A stretch of DNA of 64,000 nucleotides from Phaeosaccion multiseriatum (taxonomy: Eukaryota; Protista; Ochrophyta, other classes). The DNA lies in the NCBI GenBank assembly GCA_965112735.1, contig OZ218954.1:4216001-4280000 (forward strand), given 5' to 3'. The notes under the pieces were generated by a model that did not search any database, was not told the DNA's origin, and worked only from the letters and a program-made list of their open reading frames with translations. A program made the position numbers and the translations under genes. The stretch's first letter is position 1. Each line of letters opens with the position of its first letter. Below are positions 47,864 through 58,853 of this stretch, in pieces.

Positions 47864-47909
<46 letters not shown>

Positions 47910-49410
47910 CGTCACTCACGCCTTCTCCAATTCAAGTAGCTCTAGCTTGGCCGTTCTCTCGGCCCGTTCTCTCCGCTCCTTCTTCAGAAGCTCCTCCTCT
48001 GCCTCAACCTGACAACAATCGAACGAGCAACAATGAGAGGAGCTGACCCATTACATCGACAGTCAAACCACCCAAACGGAAACTCCGCCTCAACTCACCT
48101 GCTGGGTCAGCCGGTCCTTATCGCTGACCACCTGCATGAGCTGCTTCTGGAGCTTGTTGACGATGAACTCCTGCTCCCCCTCCAATTGGTTCTCCAGGTC
48201 CACCTTCTCTTGCCGCAGCTGTGAGGGGTACACATAGAGAAAGAGGGGGGGAGGGGAGGGAGAGAGGGAAGAGGGAGAGAGTGTGTGAGCGAGTGAGTGA
48301 GAGAAGTGTGTGAGTGTATGTGTGTGTGAGCTACTGAGATTGAGATAGGAGGAGAGTGCAAGAGAGACTGTGCGTGTACGCGAGTGTGAGAGAGACAGGG
48401 AGGGGAGTGCAAGAGAGAGCGTGTGTGCGAGCGAGTGAGAGAGACACTGATCATTCATGCCTGACCCAAGTATGAAGAGATTGAAGAGATTGTACCTGAT
48501 TGAGCTTTTTTTGCAGCGTGTTGGTCAGCAACTCCTCTTCCCGCTCCACTTCTACAGCGAGCGTCTCCTTCTCCTTCTTCAGCTCACACAATCGCTTCAT
48601 CAGCTGCCCAGGGCAACAGTGCAAGCAAGAGAGAGGAAGAAGGAGGGAAGGAAGGAAGGAAGGAAGGAAGGAAGGAAGGAAGGACGGACGGAAGGAAGCA
48701 ACACACACCATAGATGCAAAGCGTAGAGTTGAGTGCTTCGTGTAGGTATAACCAGAGAGAGAGAGCAGCAACGACAAGGAACAGTGAGACTGTGACAAGG
48801 ATAGGTGGGAGGAAGGAGAGAATGAGCACAGACAAAGTACCGTGTGCAGCGTACATGAGGCCCTCGTGCTCGTGCAGGTCGGGGAGTGAGTCAGAGCGTG
48901 TGTTGAGGGGGCGCTACTTCGAATGAGGGGGTGCGATACAGGTGGTAGCTCAGTCTTAGCGCCGACTGCATCTCGTTGCTTTGGCGAGGGGATGAATGTT
49001 TCATTCACTCACCCTATTGATTAGACATTCCTCCTCCGCCTCTGCCACTTGACTCTGTACAGCACGGGAGGAATGGAGGAGCAGACCAGGAAGGAAGCGG
49101 CGAAGAAGAGTCAGGGCAAGCACTGGGTGTTAAAAGAAATGTTTGGTCCCTTCCTTCGTTCCATTGCCCACGGCTACAAGCCAGAGACAGACATGTGACT
49201 CACAATCTGCACGTTACAGCGCTTTAGCTCCTTGACATCGTGTTCGAGCTGTGCGTTCCTCTGCTTCTCATAGAGAAGCTTCTGCTTTACTTGCACAAGC
49301 TCCTGCAGCAAGGCCGCCTTGGTCGTACCCCCATCTGCAGCAGCGTCGACAGCAGTGTCAGCAGCACCACCGCCAGCCTTGTTAACGACTACCCCCCCAT
49401 CTACTGCCAT
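46877..49410 (-). CDS. CCDC6: CCDC6/H4(D10S170)-like coiled-coil protein. Exons 49410-49204, 49054-49013, 48603-48496, 48218-48099, 48008-47920, 47766-47685, 47243-46877
   Basis: AEAEEECLINR-LMKRLCELKKEKETLAVEVEREEELLTNTLQKKLNQ-LRQEKVDLENQLEGEQEFIVNKLQKQL is the characteristic CCDC6 (DUF2046) pattern. Confidence 0.8.
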
Positions 49411-49949
49411 GTCCTCAGCTTTCGCCCAGCTCTATGTTCGCCTGGTGTCACCGAGGCCTCTCTGTGTCGATGTTGCCTTTTTCGGGCCTTGCGGCGAGAA
49501 GTGGGGCTTTTACGGTGAAATCTTTCCCCTCATGCCTCGATTTCTCCTCAGCGACTTCAGCAGTCGAGAAGTACTTGCCCTCACACGCTTAAGAGACGTA
49601 TTGACCGTCCCACTACCTCCCTTTATACGCGTGTAGTGTTATTTCAAGGAGAGAGGGGGGGAAAAAAAGGTATGCTCAGATTACGTAACTTCGTATGTCA
49701 ATGATTCTCTCTCCGGCCGCTTTCTTTTCCTCTATCTTTTATTTGGCCTTGTGTAAGAGCGAGACCACCAAGCCACGCACGGTTCCCCTGGGAGCTTCCC
49801 TTTCTTCTTCTCCGTGGACCGGGGCTGGAGAAAGCGGGGCTGGGCCCTTCCTCAACTGCCGTAAGGCAGAGGCGTTTGAGGAAGAAGAGGGTGGGACAAG
49901 ACAGTTGAAGAAGAGAAAGGAGCCGGGCTTCCTGTGGCGCCCGGTAGCA

Positions 49950-51812
49950 ATGTCTTCGTCTGCACCTCTGCAACTATGCCTACTCCTCCTCGGAGCGGGG
50001 TTGGGCCAGGTCTCGTCGTTCCAAGCCCCCATGCAGGGGTTGCCAACGAGGATCGTCCAGCAGCAACGCCATATCCATGTGCAGCAACAACGGCACATGA
50101 GCAGCAGTAGGGGCGGCAGTGTGTCAGCCGCTACATCGCTCCGAGTCGCGGATAGTAGCGGCTTCGCCAAGACCAGGACATCCACGGCGGTCTGGGCCTG
50201 GTATGATTGGGGGGGAGGAGGAGGAGGAGGAGGAGGAGGAGGAGGAGGAGGAGGAGGGGGAGGAGGTGGGTTGGAGGATAAAGAAGACAGCGAGGTTGAC
50301 TGGATGGTGCCATTGGCAGCCGGATCCGTGGCAGCAGTGGGGGGGGCGAAGGAGGTCCTGCAGCAACAACAACAGCAACAACCGCAACAGCAACAGCAAC
50401 AGCAGCAGCAGCAGCAGCAGCAGCTGCAGCAATCGGCATCAGCTGCGGGAGAGGGGAGAATGGCAAGCGGCGCAGAGGATACCGCGGGAGCAGCGGTAGA
50501 AGCGGGTGGTGCAGCAGGAAAGAAGAAGGGTGACAACCCTTTCTTCCCGCTCCGCCTTCCGAAGGGATTCCCCTCTCTCCCGTCCCTCCCTTCTCTGCCC
50601 TGGATGAAGGGCGCAAAGGAAAAGGAGGAGGCGGCCCGGCAGGCGGAGCAGCGGCGCCTCGAGATCGCGCAGGAGGAGGCTGAGCTGGCTGCTGCGGCTG
50701 CGCTGCCCAAGATTGTGGTGAAGGACGTGAGCATCAGCGGCACCAAACTCATCCCCAAGGAGGTCGGTCACGTGACGGGTGGTGGGGATAAGAGAGAGAA
50801 TGGCGTGCTCGATGCTTCGCTGTGCCCCTCTGTATTTCTCTCTCTCTCTGTATCCCTCCCTCACTCCCGCGCTCTCCTTCCCTCTGTCCCTCTCTTTGCC
50901 CCTCTGCCCCCTCTCTCTACGCTCCTCTCCCCTTCTTTCTGTCCCTCTCTTACGCCAACTGTCTATAACACACACACACACACACACACACGCAGGTTCT
51001 GAGCACCGCTGCCGTGGCGTCAGGCTTGCTCGACACGGAGCTGACCCGAGAGGGTATGAACACGTGCATCAACTACCTCAACGGCTGGTACCAGAGCAAG
51101 GGGTACAGACTGGCGCAGGTGCAGAGGGTGGAGATTGTGCCCAATGAGAGTAAGTGGGGCGGAGGAAGTGGGACGGAGGGAGGGAGCGAGTGACTGAATG
51201 GCTGAGTGAGTGAGGGAGGGAGGGAGGGAGGTGAGTACCTGAGTGACTGAGTGGGTAAGGGAGGGAGTGACGAAGCGAGGAGGGAACGACTGATCGACTG
51301 AGTCCCTGACTGCCCATATGCCTTGCACTGTTTTCTGTTTCTGTGGTTGTGGTGTTTGTCCAGATGCGCTGGTGTTCGAGGTGATGGAGCCCATCGTGTC
51401 GAAGACACAGCCCGTGCAGATGGTCTTCATTCAACCCGTTAACGCCACAGACCCCAGTGGTGAGGGAGGGAGGGAGACGAGGGAGAGGAGGGAGGGAAAG
51501 GCGGGGGGGGGGGAGATAGGCTCACGCACACACACGCACTCTTGCACTGACACGCACACGCATGCACGCACGCACGCGTACGCATTCACACGCTCTCTCT
51601 GACCCCAGCGGGTATGGAGTTGAAGCCCAAGGGGGGTAAGACTCGGGCCCAGACGCTTGCCAAGGCGCTTCGCTTGCAGGGGGGGAAGCCCTTCAAGTGG
51701 GATAACGAAAGGTACGGGAGTATACATATAAAGTTGGGTATAGAGAGGCATAGGGGTCTAGCGAGTAGTGTGGTGGGTAGTGGGGACAACGAGACATCCG
51801 GGAGTATATATA

Positions 51813-51872
<60 letters not shown>

Positions 51873-52907
51873 GGGTGTAGCATACATGGTAGGGCATACG
51901 GTATAGTGAGAAGTGGGTCGTGTCACAGTAGGGTGTGCCCGTGCCTTGACTGTCTTCACGCTGCCTGCACTTGTCTACCCTTCCTTTCCCTTCCCTTCCC
52001 GTCCCTTCCCTTCCTGCCCTTCCCTCTCCTCCCCTCCCTCCCCGCCCTTCACCTTCCCTTCCCTCACCTCCTTCCCTTCCGTTTTCTTGTGGTGAATGGC
52101 GTTTCACAACCCAACTAAGGTGGGGTGCCGTTCAACGGTCGGGCCTGTTTGAAAACATTGGCGTGAATCGAGCAGTCCTCAATGAGGATGGGGAGGTCAC
52201 GCTTTGGATCCAGGTAGGAGGGAGGAAGGGAGGGGGGGAGAGGGCAGGCGAGGGGAGCGAACTGGCCCACTCACGCACTTATTTCACCCACTCACGCAGG
52301 CTCACTCAATCACGTACTCACTCACTCACCCGCCCACTCAACTCACTCACCTCTCCACTACTTCGCTCACCCACTCAGTCACTCAACTCACTCACTCACT
52401 CACTCACTTCTTCACTGCTTCACTCGCCTACTCAGTCACTCACTCACTCACTGCCTTGCTCATCACTTACACGCTCACCCACTCACCCACTCACCCACTG
52501 CCTCACTCACCCCTTCATGACCCTATTTCTGTAACAACCAAAGGCCCTTGAGAAGAAGAGCATAGTATTCGAACCCGGTGTCACCAAGACCCTCTTCGAC
52601 ACCAAGTGGTCTGGGGAGGTAAGCTGATATCAACCTCGACTTGAATCTCGACGGGACAAAGCGAAATTGAAGCGAGAAGCCCTTCCCATATCCCTCTAAT
52701 CTCCCCTCCCCCTCCCTGCCATGCACTGCCATCCGTCCACGAAGGTCCTGTTCGAAGACCGTAACTTGTTTGGGCGCAACAACGTGCTCGGTGTGGACGC
52801 AAGGAGGTCCATCGCGAGCCCCTTCACCACCTACAGCGTCCGACTCGGAAACAATCGGTGCGTGTGGGTGCGTGTGGTTGTCTGTCTGTATGTGCGCGCG
52901 TGTGTGT

Positions 52908-52946
<39 letters not shown>

Positions 52947-55900
52947 GTGTATGTGCGACAAACAACGAGGCTTAGCCAATATTATAGAGCCAACAAGCTT
53001 TCCCTCCCCCCACCCCCTTCTACCAGTTACTGACTTCATCATTACTGCCCATCCCCTAACATCTCAGCACTGCCATCCACTGCCATCCACTTCCATCCAC
53101 CCCCATCCACTGCTATTCACCCACCCAACCCCCACCATAATTACCTGCCATCCACTGCCACCTGATGAGCAGTTTCGGTGATCTGGGGGCGTGGAATGCC
53201 GTGGCGTTTCGGGGGGTCATTAACCCCGAGGGAGGGGCGGAAAGCTTTGGTATGTCAAGCACACCGACGCACGCCCCGGGGGGGAGAGACCTTAAAATGC
53301 TACTCAATGCAGTGGGGAACACGGTCAATCAGAGGCAAGAGACTGGTGGGGAGGAGGGGGAGGGCGAGGAAGGGGAGGAGGGTGGGGTAGCGGCAGTAGA
53401 CGGGGGGAGGGGTGTGGGGAGCAGGAGGAGGAGGAGGAGGAGAAGGAGGAGCCAGGGTGTGGCGAGGCGGCAGGGCGTTTCAGTAACAACAATGTGGCCG
53501 TTTCAAGCGTGTTTGGGTACGCTCGGGGCCCAGATTCAGGAGATCTCGCAGCTGCAGTCCAAGGGGAAAGGCGGTGGCTATGCTGCTCAGGTGGGTGGGG
53601 TGGGGTGGGGTGGGGAGGGCAGGGGAGGGATACATGGCAATTCCGTGCTGCCTTTCACCGCCGTATATAGACCATAGGAAGGACTCCTCCTCCTCCTCCG
53701 CCTCGTCCTCCTCCTCTCCCTCCACTTCCTCCTCCTTCCGCTCCGTTGTGCCATACTAGCGAATGAACTCACTCACGGCTCGCCGCAGTTGCCCATGCCC
53801 TTCACTGCCTTATTTTTCCAGTCACTGCCTTATTTGCCCATTCACGGTATTATCCCATGCCACAGGTCGGTCGAACGGACGTGGTGACCCTCAAGGGAGA
53901 CGTGCGCAAGAGCTTTGCTCTCGACAACGTGAAACTCAAACTTCCCTCCTGGGGGAGGGACGGAGGAGGCAAAGGAGGAGCAGCGACTTCAGATGGCGAC
54001 GATAAAGACGCGGGCATAGATGCCCAACTAGACCCCTTTGGAGGAGGGACGGGGCCAGCGACAAGAAGCAGGAGGGGCGGCCGGATCGCGGGTGGGAAAA
54101 GCCAATCGCTGCTGACAACGCACCTAGACTGGAGGAACGGTTTCTTCGTCGAGGGTTTGTCGCTCACCCGGCCGTTCTACCAGTTCGGCTCTACACTGGT
54201 ACAGAGGTTTCCCATCGGCAGGCTAGGGGGTTGGGGGGGCTCAGGAGTAGGAGAGGGTGGGTCTCCGAAACTGCCGCGTAGTCGAAGAGGTGGACCCCGG
54301 GGGGGAGGGGCTGCTCCAGCTGGCGACGATGAGATTATAACCCTGCACCTCCGGCAGAAGCTCTCCGTCAGCTCTGCAGGTGAGTCGGGTGGAGGGTAGG
54401 CGAGAGGAGAAGGAAGGAGGAGAGGGAGTGGGGTGGAGGGGAGGGGAGGGGAGAGAAGGGGAGAGGGTGGATGGGTGGGTGAGTCTATGTGTCTATGTGT
54501 GGGAAGGGAGAGGGCGAGGGAAGGGGAGGGGGAGGAGGCTTCAGGAAGATGAGACGCAGCAGCGATGGAACTTGAAGGGGGAGGGCGGCTTCCCTTCCCC
54601 TCTCTCCAGTCAAGCACCCTCCCCCCCTATGTCAAGCACCCTCCCCCCCTATGTCAAGCACCCTCCCCCCCTATGTCAAGCACCCTCCCCCCCTATGTCA
54701 AGCACTCCCCCCCTATGTCAAGCACTCCCCCCCCCATGTCAAGCACTCCCCCCCTATGTCAAGCACTCCCCCCCTATGTCAAGCACCCTCCCCCCCCTAT
54801 GTCAAGCACTCCTCCCCCCTTTGTCAAGCACTCCGCCCCCCTGTGCTGACTCTGTGTATCACACCCCAACCCGTTCCAAAGCCGAGTAGACCCGAGCCTC
54901 ATTTTCCTTCTTGCTTTCTCCTCCTCCTCCTCCTCCTCCTCCTCCTCCTCCTCCTCCTCCTCCTCCTCCTCCTCCTCCTCACCCTCCTCCTCCTCCTCCT
55001 CCTCACCCTCCTCCTCCTCCTCCTCCTCCTCCTCCTCCTCCTCCTCCTCCTCCTCCTCCTCCTCCTCCTCCTCCTCCTCCTCCTCCTCCTCCTCCTCCTC
55101 CTCCTCCTCCTCCTCCTCCTCCTCCTCCTCCTCCTCCTCCTCCTCCTCCTCCTCCTCCTCACTCCTCCTCCTCCTCCTCCTCCTCCTCCTCCTCCTCCTC
55201 CTCCTCCTCCTCCTCCTCACCCTCCTCCTCCTCCTCCTCCTCCTCCTCACCCTCCTCCTCCTCCTCCTCCTCCTCCTCCTCCTCCTCCTCCTCCTCCTCC
55301 TCCTCCTCCTCCTCCTCCTCCTCCTCCTCCTCCTCCTCCTCCTCCTCCTCCTCCTCCTCCTCCTCCTCCTCCTCCTCCTCCTCCTCCTCCTCCTCCTCCT
55401 CCTCCTCCTCCTCCTCCTCCTCCTCCTCCTCCTCCTCCTCCTCCTCCTCCTCCTCCTCCTCCTCCTCCTCCTCCTCCTCCTCCTCCTCCTCCTCCTCCTC
55501 CTCCTCCTCCTCCTCCTCCTCCTCCTCCTCCTCCTCCTCCTCCTCCTCCTCCTCCTCCTCCTCCTCCTCCTCCTCCTCCTCCTCCTCCTCCTCCTCCTCC
55601 TCCTCCTCCTCCTCCTCCTCCTCCTCCTCCTCCTCCTCCTCCTCCTCCTCCTCCTCCTCCTCCTCCTCCTCCTCCTCCTCCTCCTCCTCCTCCTCCTCCT
55701 CCTCCTCCTCCTCCTCCTCCTCCTCCTCCTCCTCCTCCTCCTCCTCCTCCTCCTCCTCCTCCTCCTCCTCCTCCTCCTCCTCCTCCTCCTCCTCCTCCTC
55801 CTCCTCCTCCTCCTCCTCCTCCTCCTCCTCCTCCTCCTCCTCCTCCTCCTCCTCCTCCTCCTCCTCCTCCTCCTCCTCCTCCTCCTCCTCCTCCTCCTCC

Positions 55901-57299
55901 TCCTCCTCCTCCTCCTCCTCCTCCTCCTCCTCCTCCTCCTCCTCCTCCTCCTCCTCCTCCTCCTCCTCCTCCTCCTCCTCCTCCTCCTCCTCCTCCTCCT
56001 CCTCCTCCTCCTCCTCCTCCTCCTCCTCCTCCTCCTCCTCCTCCTCCTCCTCCTCCTCCTCCTCCTCCTCCTCCTCCTCCTCCTCCTCCTCCTCCTCCTC
56101 CTCCTCCTCACTCCTCCTCCTCCTCCTCCTCCTCCTCCTCCTCCTCCTCCTCCTCCTCCTCCTCCTCCTCCTCCTCACCCTCCTCCTCCTCCTCCTCCTC
56201 CTCCTCCTCCTCCTCCTCCTCACCCTCCTCCTCACCCTCCTCCTCCTCCTCCTCCTCCTCCTCCTCCTCCTCCTCCTCCTCCTCCTCCTCCTCCTCCTCC
56301 TCCTCCTCCTCCTCCTCCTCCTCCTCCTCCTCCTCCTCCTCCTCCTCCTCACCCTCCTCCTCACCCTCCTCCTCCTCCTCCTCCTCCTCCTCCTCCTCCT
56401 CCTCACCCTCCTCCTCACCCTCCTCCTCCTCCTCCTCCTCCTCCTCCCCCTCCATCTCCCCCCTCTACCCCACCCCAGGCACGCCTTCCTACCAACTCAT
56501 GACCGTCGGAGGTCAGCACAGCGTCCGCGGCATGGGAGAGGCGAGCATCGGCAAGGTGAGGAGCGGAGTCACTCTCTCACTCACTGACTCACGGACCCAC
56601 TCACGCACGCACTCACTCACTCTCGCCCTCACGTACTCATCCACTCACTCACCCACTCACTCACGCCCTCCCTTCCTCCCTCCCCTCACTCAGGTGGAGA
56701 ACTCGCTCCTCACCACAGCAGAGATGCGTGTATCGGTGCGGAACCCTTTCATGAACCTCCCCACCGAGTTGGTCCTCTTTGTGGACTGGGCAGGCTTCCA
56801 ATCACGCGACTTTGCTTCCTCCTCCTCCTCTTCCTCCTCGAGGTCAAAAGCCTCTTCCTCCTCCTCCTCCTCGGCGTCTTTGGCATCTCCGAGAGGATCA
56901 GGCGTGTTGCCGAGTGGCGGTTACTTTGCCGCCTCTTCCTTCTTCAATGCCACGCCTGCCCAAGGGAGTGGTGGGAGGGGGGGGCGTGGCGGCAGCAGCA
57001 GCAGCAGCACAGCGTTAGCAGCGATATCTTCATCAGGTGGTGATGCGGGTTCAACAGGTGGCGGCGACGGTGTGGTATCCGAATCACCAACACGTGTAGC
57101 AAGAGGGAGGAAAGACACAGACCCCTTCTCGGAGTACACCAAGAGTCGTTCTGGCGGGGCAGAGGAGGATCTTGGAGCGGGTACCGCCATGGGGTATGGG
57201 GTAGGACTTCGCTTCGCGGGCATCATTAAGGTGGACATTGGCCGGGCGGCGAACGGGGAGCATCAGGTGCACTTTGGGGTGGTGGACCCCCACTTTTGA
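49950..57299 (+). CDS. Plastid-targeted Omp85/BamA-family beta-barrel protein (Toc75/OEP80-like). Exons about 49950-50762, 50996-51149, 51364-51459, 51609-51711, 52120-52213, 52544-52618, 52745-52857, 53173-53590, 53866-54379, 56479-56556, 56694-57299
   Basis: Signal peptide ending VSS-FQAP (ASAFAP-like), then an S/R-rich transit peptide. POTRA motifs (VSISGTKLI, LNGWYQSKGYRLAQV, GKTRAQTL, RSGLFENI), barrel start EDRNLFGRN, loop-6 motif GGQHSVRG, and a C-terminal beta-signal GVGLRF...VHFGV...F. Confidence 0.82.
54608..54840 (+). repeat. About 21-bp minisatellite ([22 protein letters not shown])n
   Basis: About 11 tandem units in the Omp85 intron. Confidence 0.9.
54918..56446 (+). repeat. About 1.5-kb nearly pure (CCT)n tract inside an Omp85 intron
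   Basis: Direct reading; rare A interruptions. Confidence 0.95.
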
Positions 57300-58455
57300 A
57301 GGGAGTGGGTGTGAGTGGGTGTGCCCTTCGGGTAGGGGACCTCCACTTTTGATTCGAGGGGAGTGGGTGGGTGTGAGTGGGCACTCACGAGTGGGTATGA
57401 GTGGGTACCCACGAGTGGGTCTCACTTGTGCGTTGCGCCCGTCCGTCTGAGCTAGATACATATTAGGTAGGGGTGATGATAGAGGGTCATTGGGGTGATT
57501 GGGGGGGGGAGATTTATGAATTATGAGACCTCTTTGCTGTGGCGTGTGGCGTGGCCACAAGCTTTCATTTACCCATTCATTTCATTCATTTACGGCAAAG
57601 CAAAACACAAATAAGCAAGACAATACAAACGAGGTATTTCAGGTACAATAATCGTAAAAAAAAGAACTGGGGGCGGATGCGTGGGTGTGTGCGTGGGTGT
57701 GTGCATTCCCCCTTGATTGACTGCAGTCTATTGACTGTTGATTGGGTTGATTGATGGGCTTTCATACATTAAACGCTTCTGTCTCTCTCTTACGGCTACA
57801 TCTATTTTCCGTTTCCCTACTTACTTCAAGACTTACTTTCTTTATTCTCTCTCCCTACTTACTCACTATGCACTACCGACGGTGCTGCTACAGTACAGAG
57901 CTTGCTCACCGCTAAACATATAATATTTGTGCCCTACTTGCCATTACGTACAGTGCTAGCTTTAGTATCAGTGCCCTAGTAAGAGTTCCAGTACCTCGTA
58001 CATCCCTGCCCGTTCTCCTCCTTCTTTTCATAGCCGTCACACTTACGTGTCTCCGTACGACGGTCTGTACACTTCGTTGTTTTGTGTTTTGTTTGTTTGT
58101 ACGGTATAGGGGACCAAACCCCCCAAAGCTTTGCCCTGTTAAATTCCCCACCCCCCACCCACCCTATTCCACAGTAATGATATTTTTTTGCACATTCCTA
58201 TCTCCCTCCCTCCCTCCCCCCCCCTCCCCCCCCCTCTCTCCCTCCCTCTCTTTCTCTCCCTCTCTCCCTCCCTCTGACTCTCTCTCTCACACACAAACTC
58301 ACTCACCCACAGTCAGTCGTCGACGGGACGAAGGAGTGAAGGAGGGGGGAAGCGCAACAGCCCTTACCCCCTCTCCTCCCCTTGGCATGCATCGGAGGAT
58401 GGATCAAGTCCTATCCTGACCCCAATGACTCTGCCCCACCCATTCCGCAGGAACG

Positions 58456-58521
58456 GTACTCCAGAGCCGCAGTAACAGGTGTCAGGACGTACTGCAGAGC
58501 CGCAGTAACAGGTGTCAGGAC
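58456..58521 (+). repeat. 33-bp tandem duplication
   Basis: GTACTSCAGAGCCGCAGTAACAGGTGTCAGGAC twice, one mismatch. Confidence 0.85.
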
Positions 58522-58759
58522 GGCGGGTGAAAAGAAACCGCACAAAGTCCGACCGCCACCTCTTCCTCTCTTCGGTGTATCCCTCGGATCTCCCGTGCCT
58601 CCGCTTCTCCTCCTCTGTTGCTCCTCCTCTGTTCACCTCTCCTGTCCCTCTCCTCCTCCTCCTCCTCCTCCTCCTCCTCCTCCTCCTCTTCCTCCTCTTC
58701 CTCTCCTGCTCCTCTGTTCAGTTGGGGCCCCAAAGACGGAGCAAGAAAGAGCTCCTCTC

Positions 58760-58822
58760 TTAGAGCTTGGGGTGCGAAACGAGGTCCGGCATTTCCCCCC
58801 GTCTCTGCTTCTTCTTGTTGCT

Positions 58823-58853
<31 letters not shown>

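Noticed and set aside
48938-49000. tRNA-like start GGTGGTAGCTCAGTCTTAGCG
   Set aside because: No T-loop GTTCRA or acceptor-stem pairing downstream; it lies inside a CCDC6 intron.
54608-54840. Possible CRISPR array
   Set aside because: Contiguous tandem units without unique spacers, eukaryotic context, no cas genes.
54651-56587. Long poly-P, poly-S, poly-R, poly-E and poly-L ORFs
   Set aside because: They are translations of the intronic (CCT)n tract; the flanking Omp85 exons splice around it in frame.
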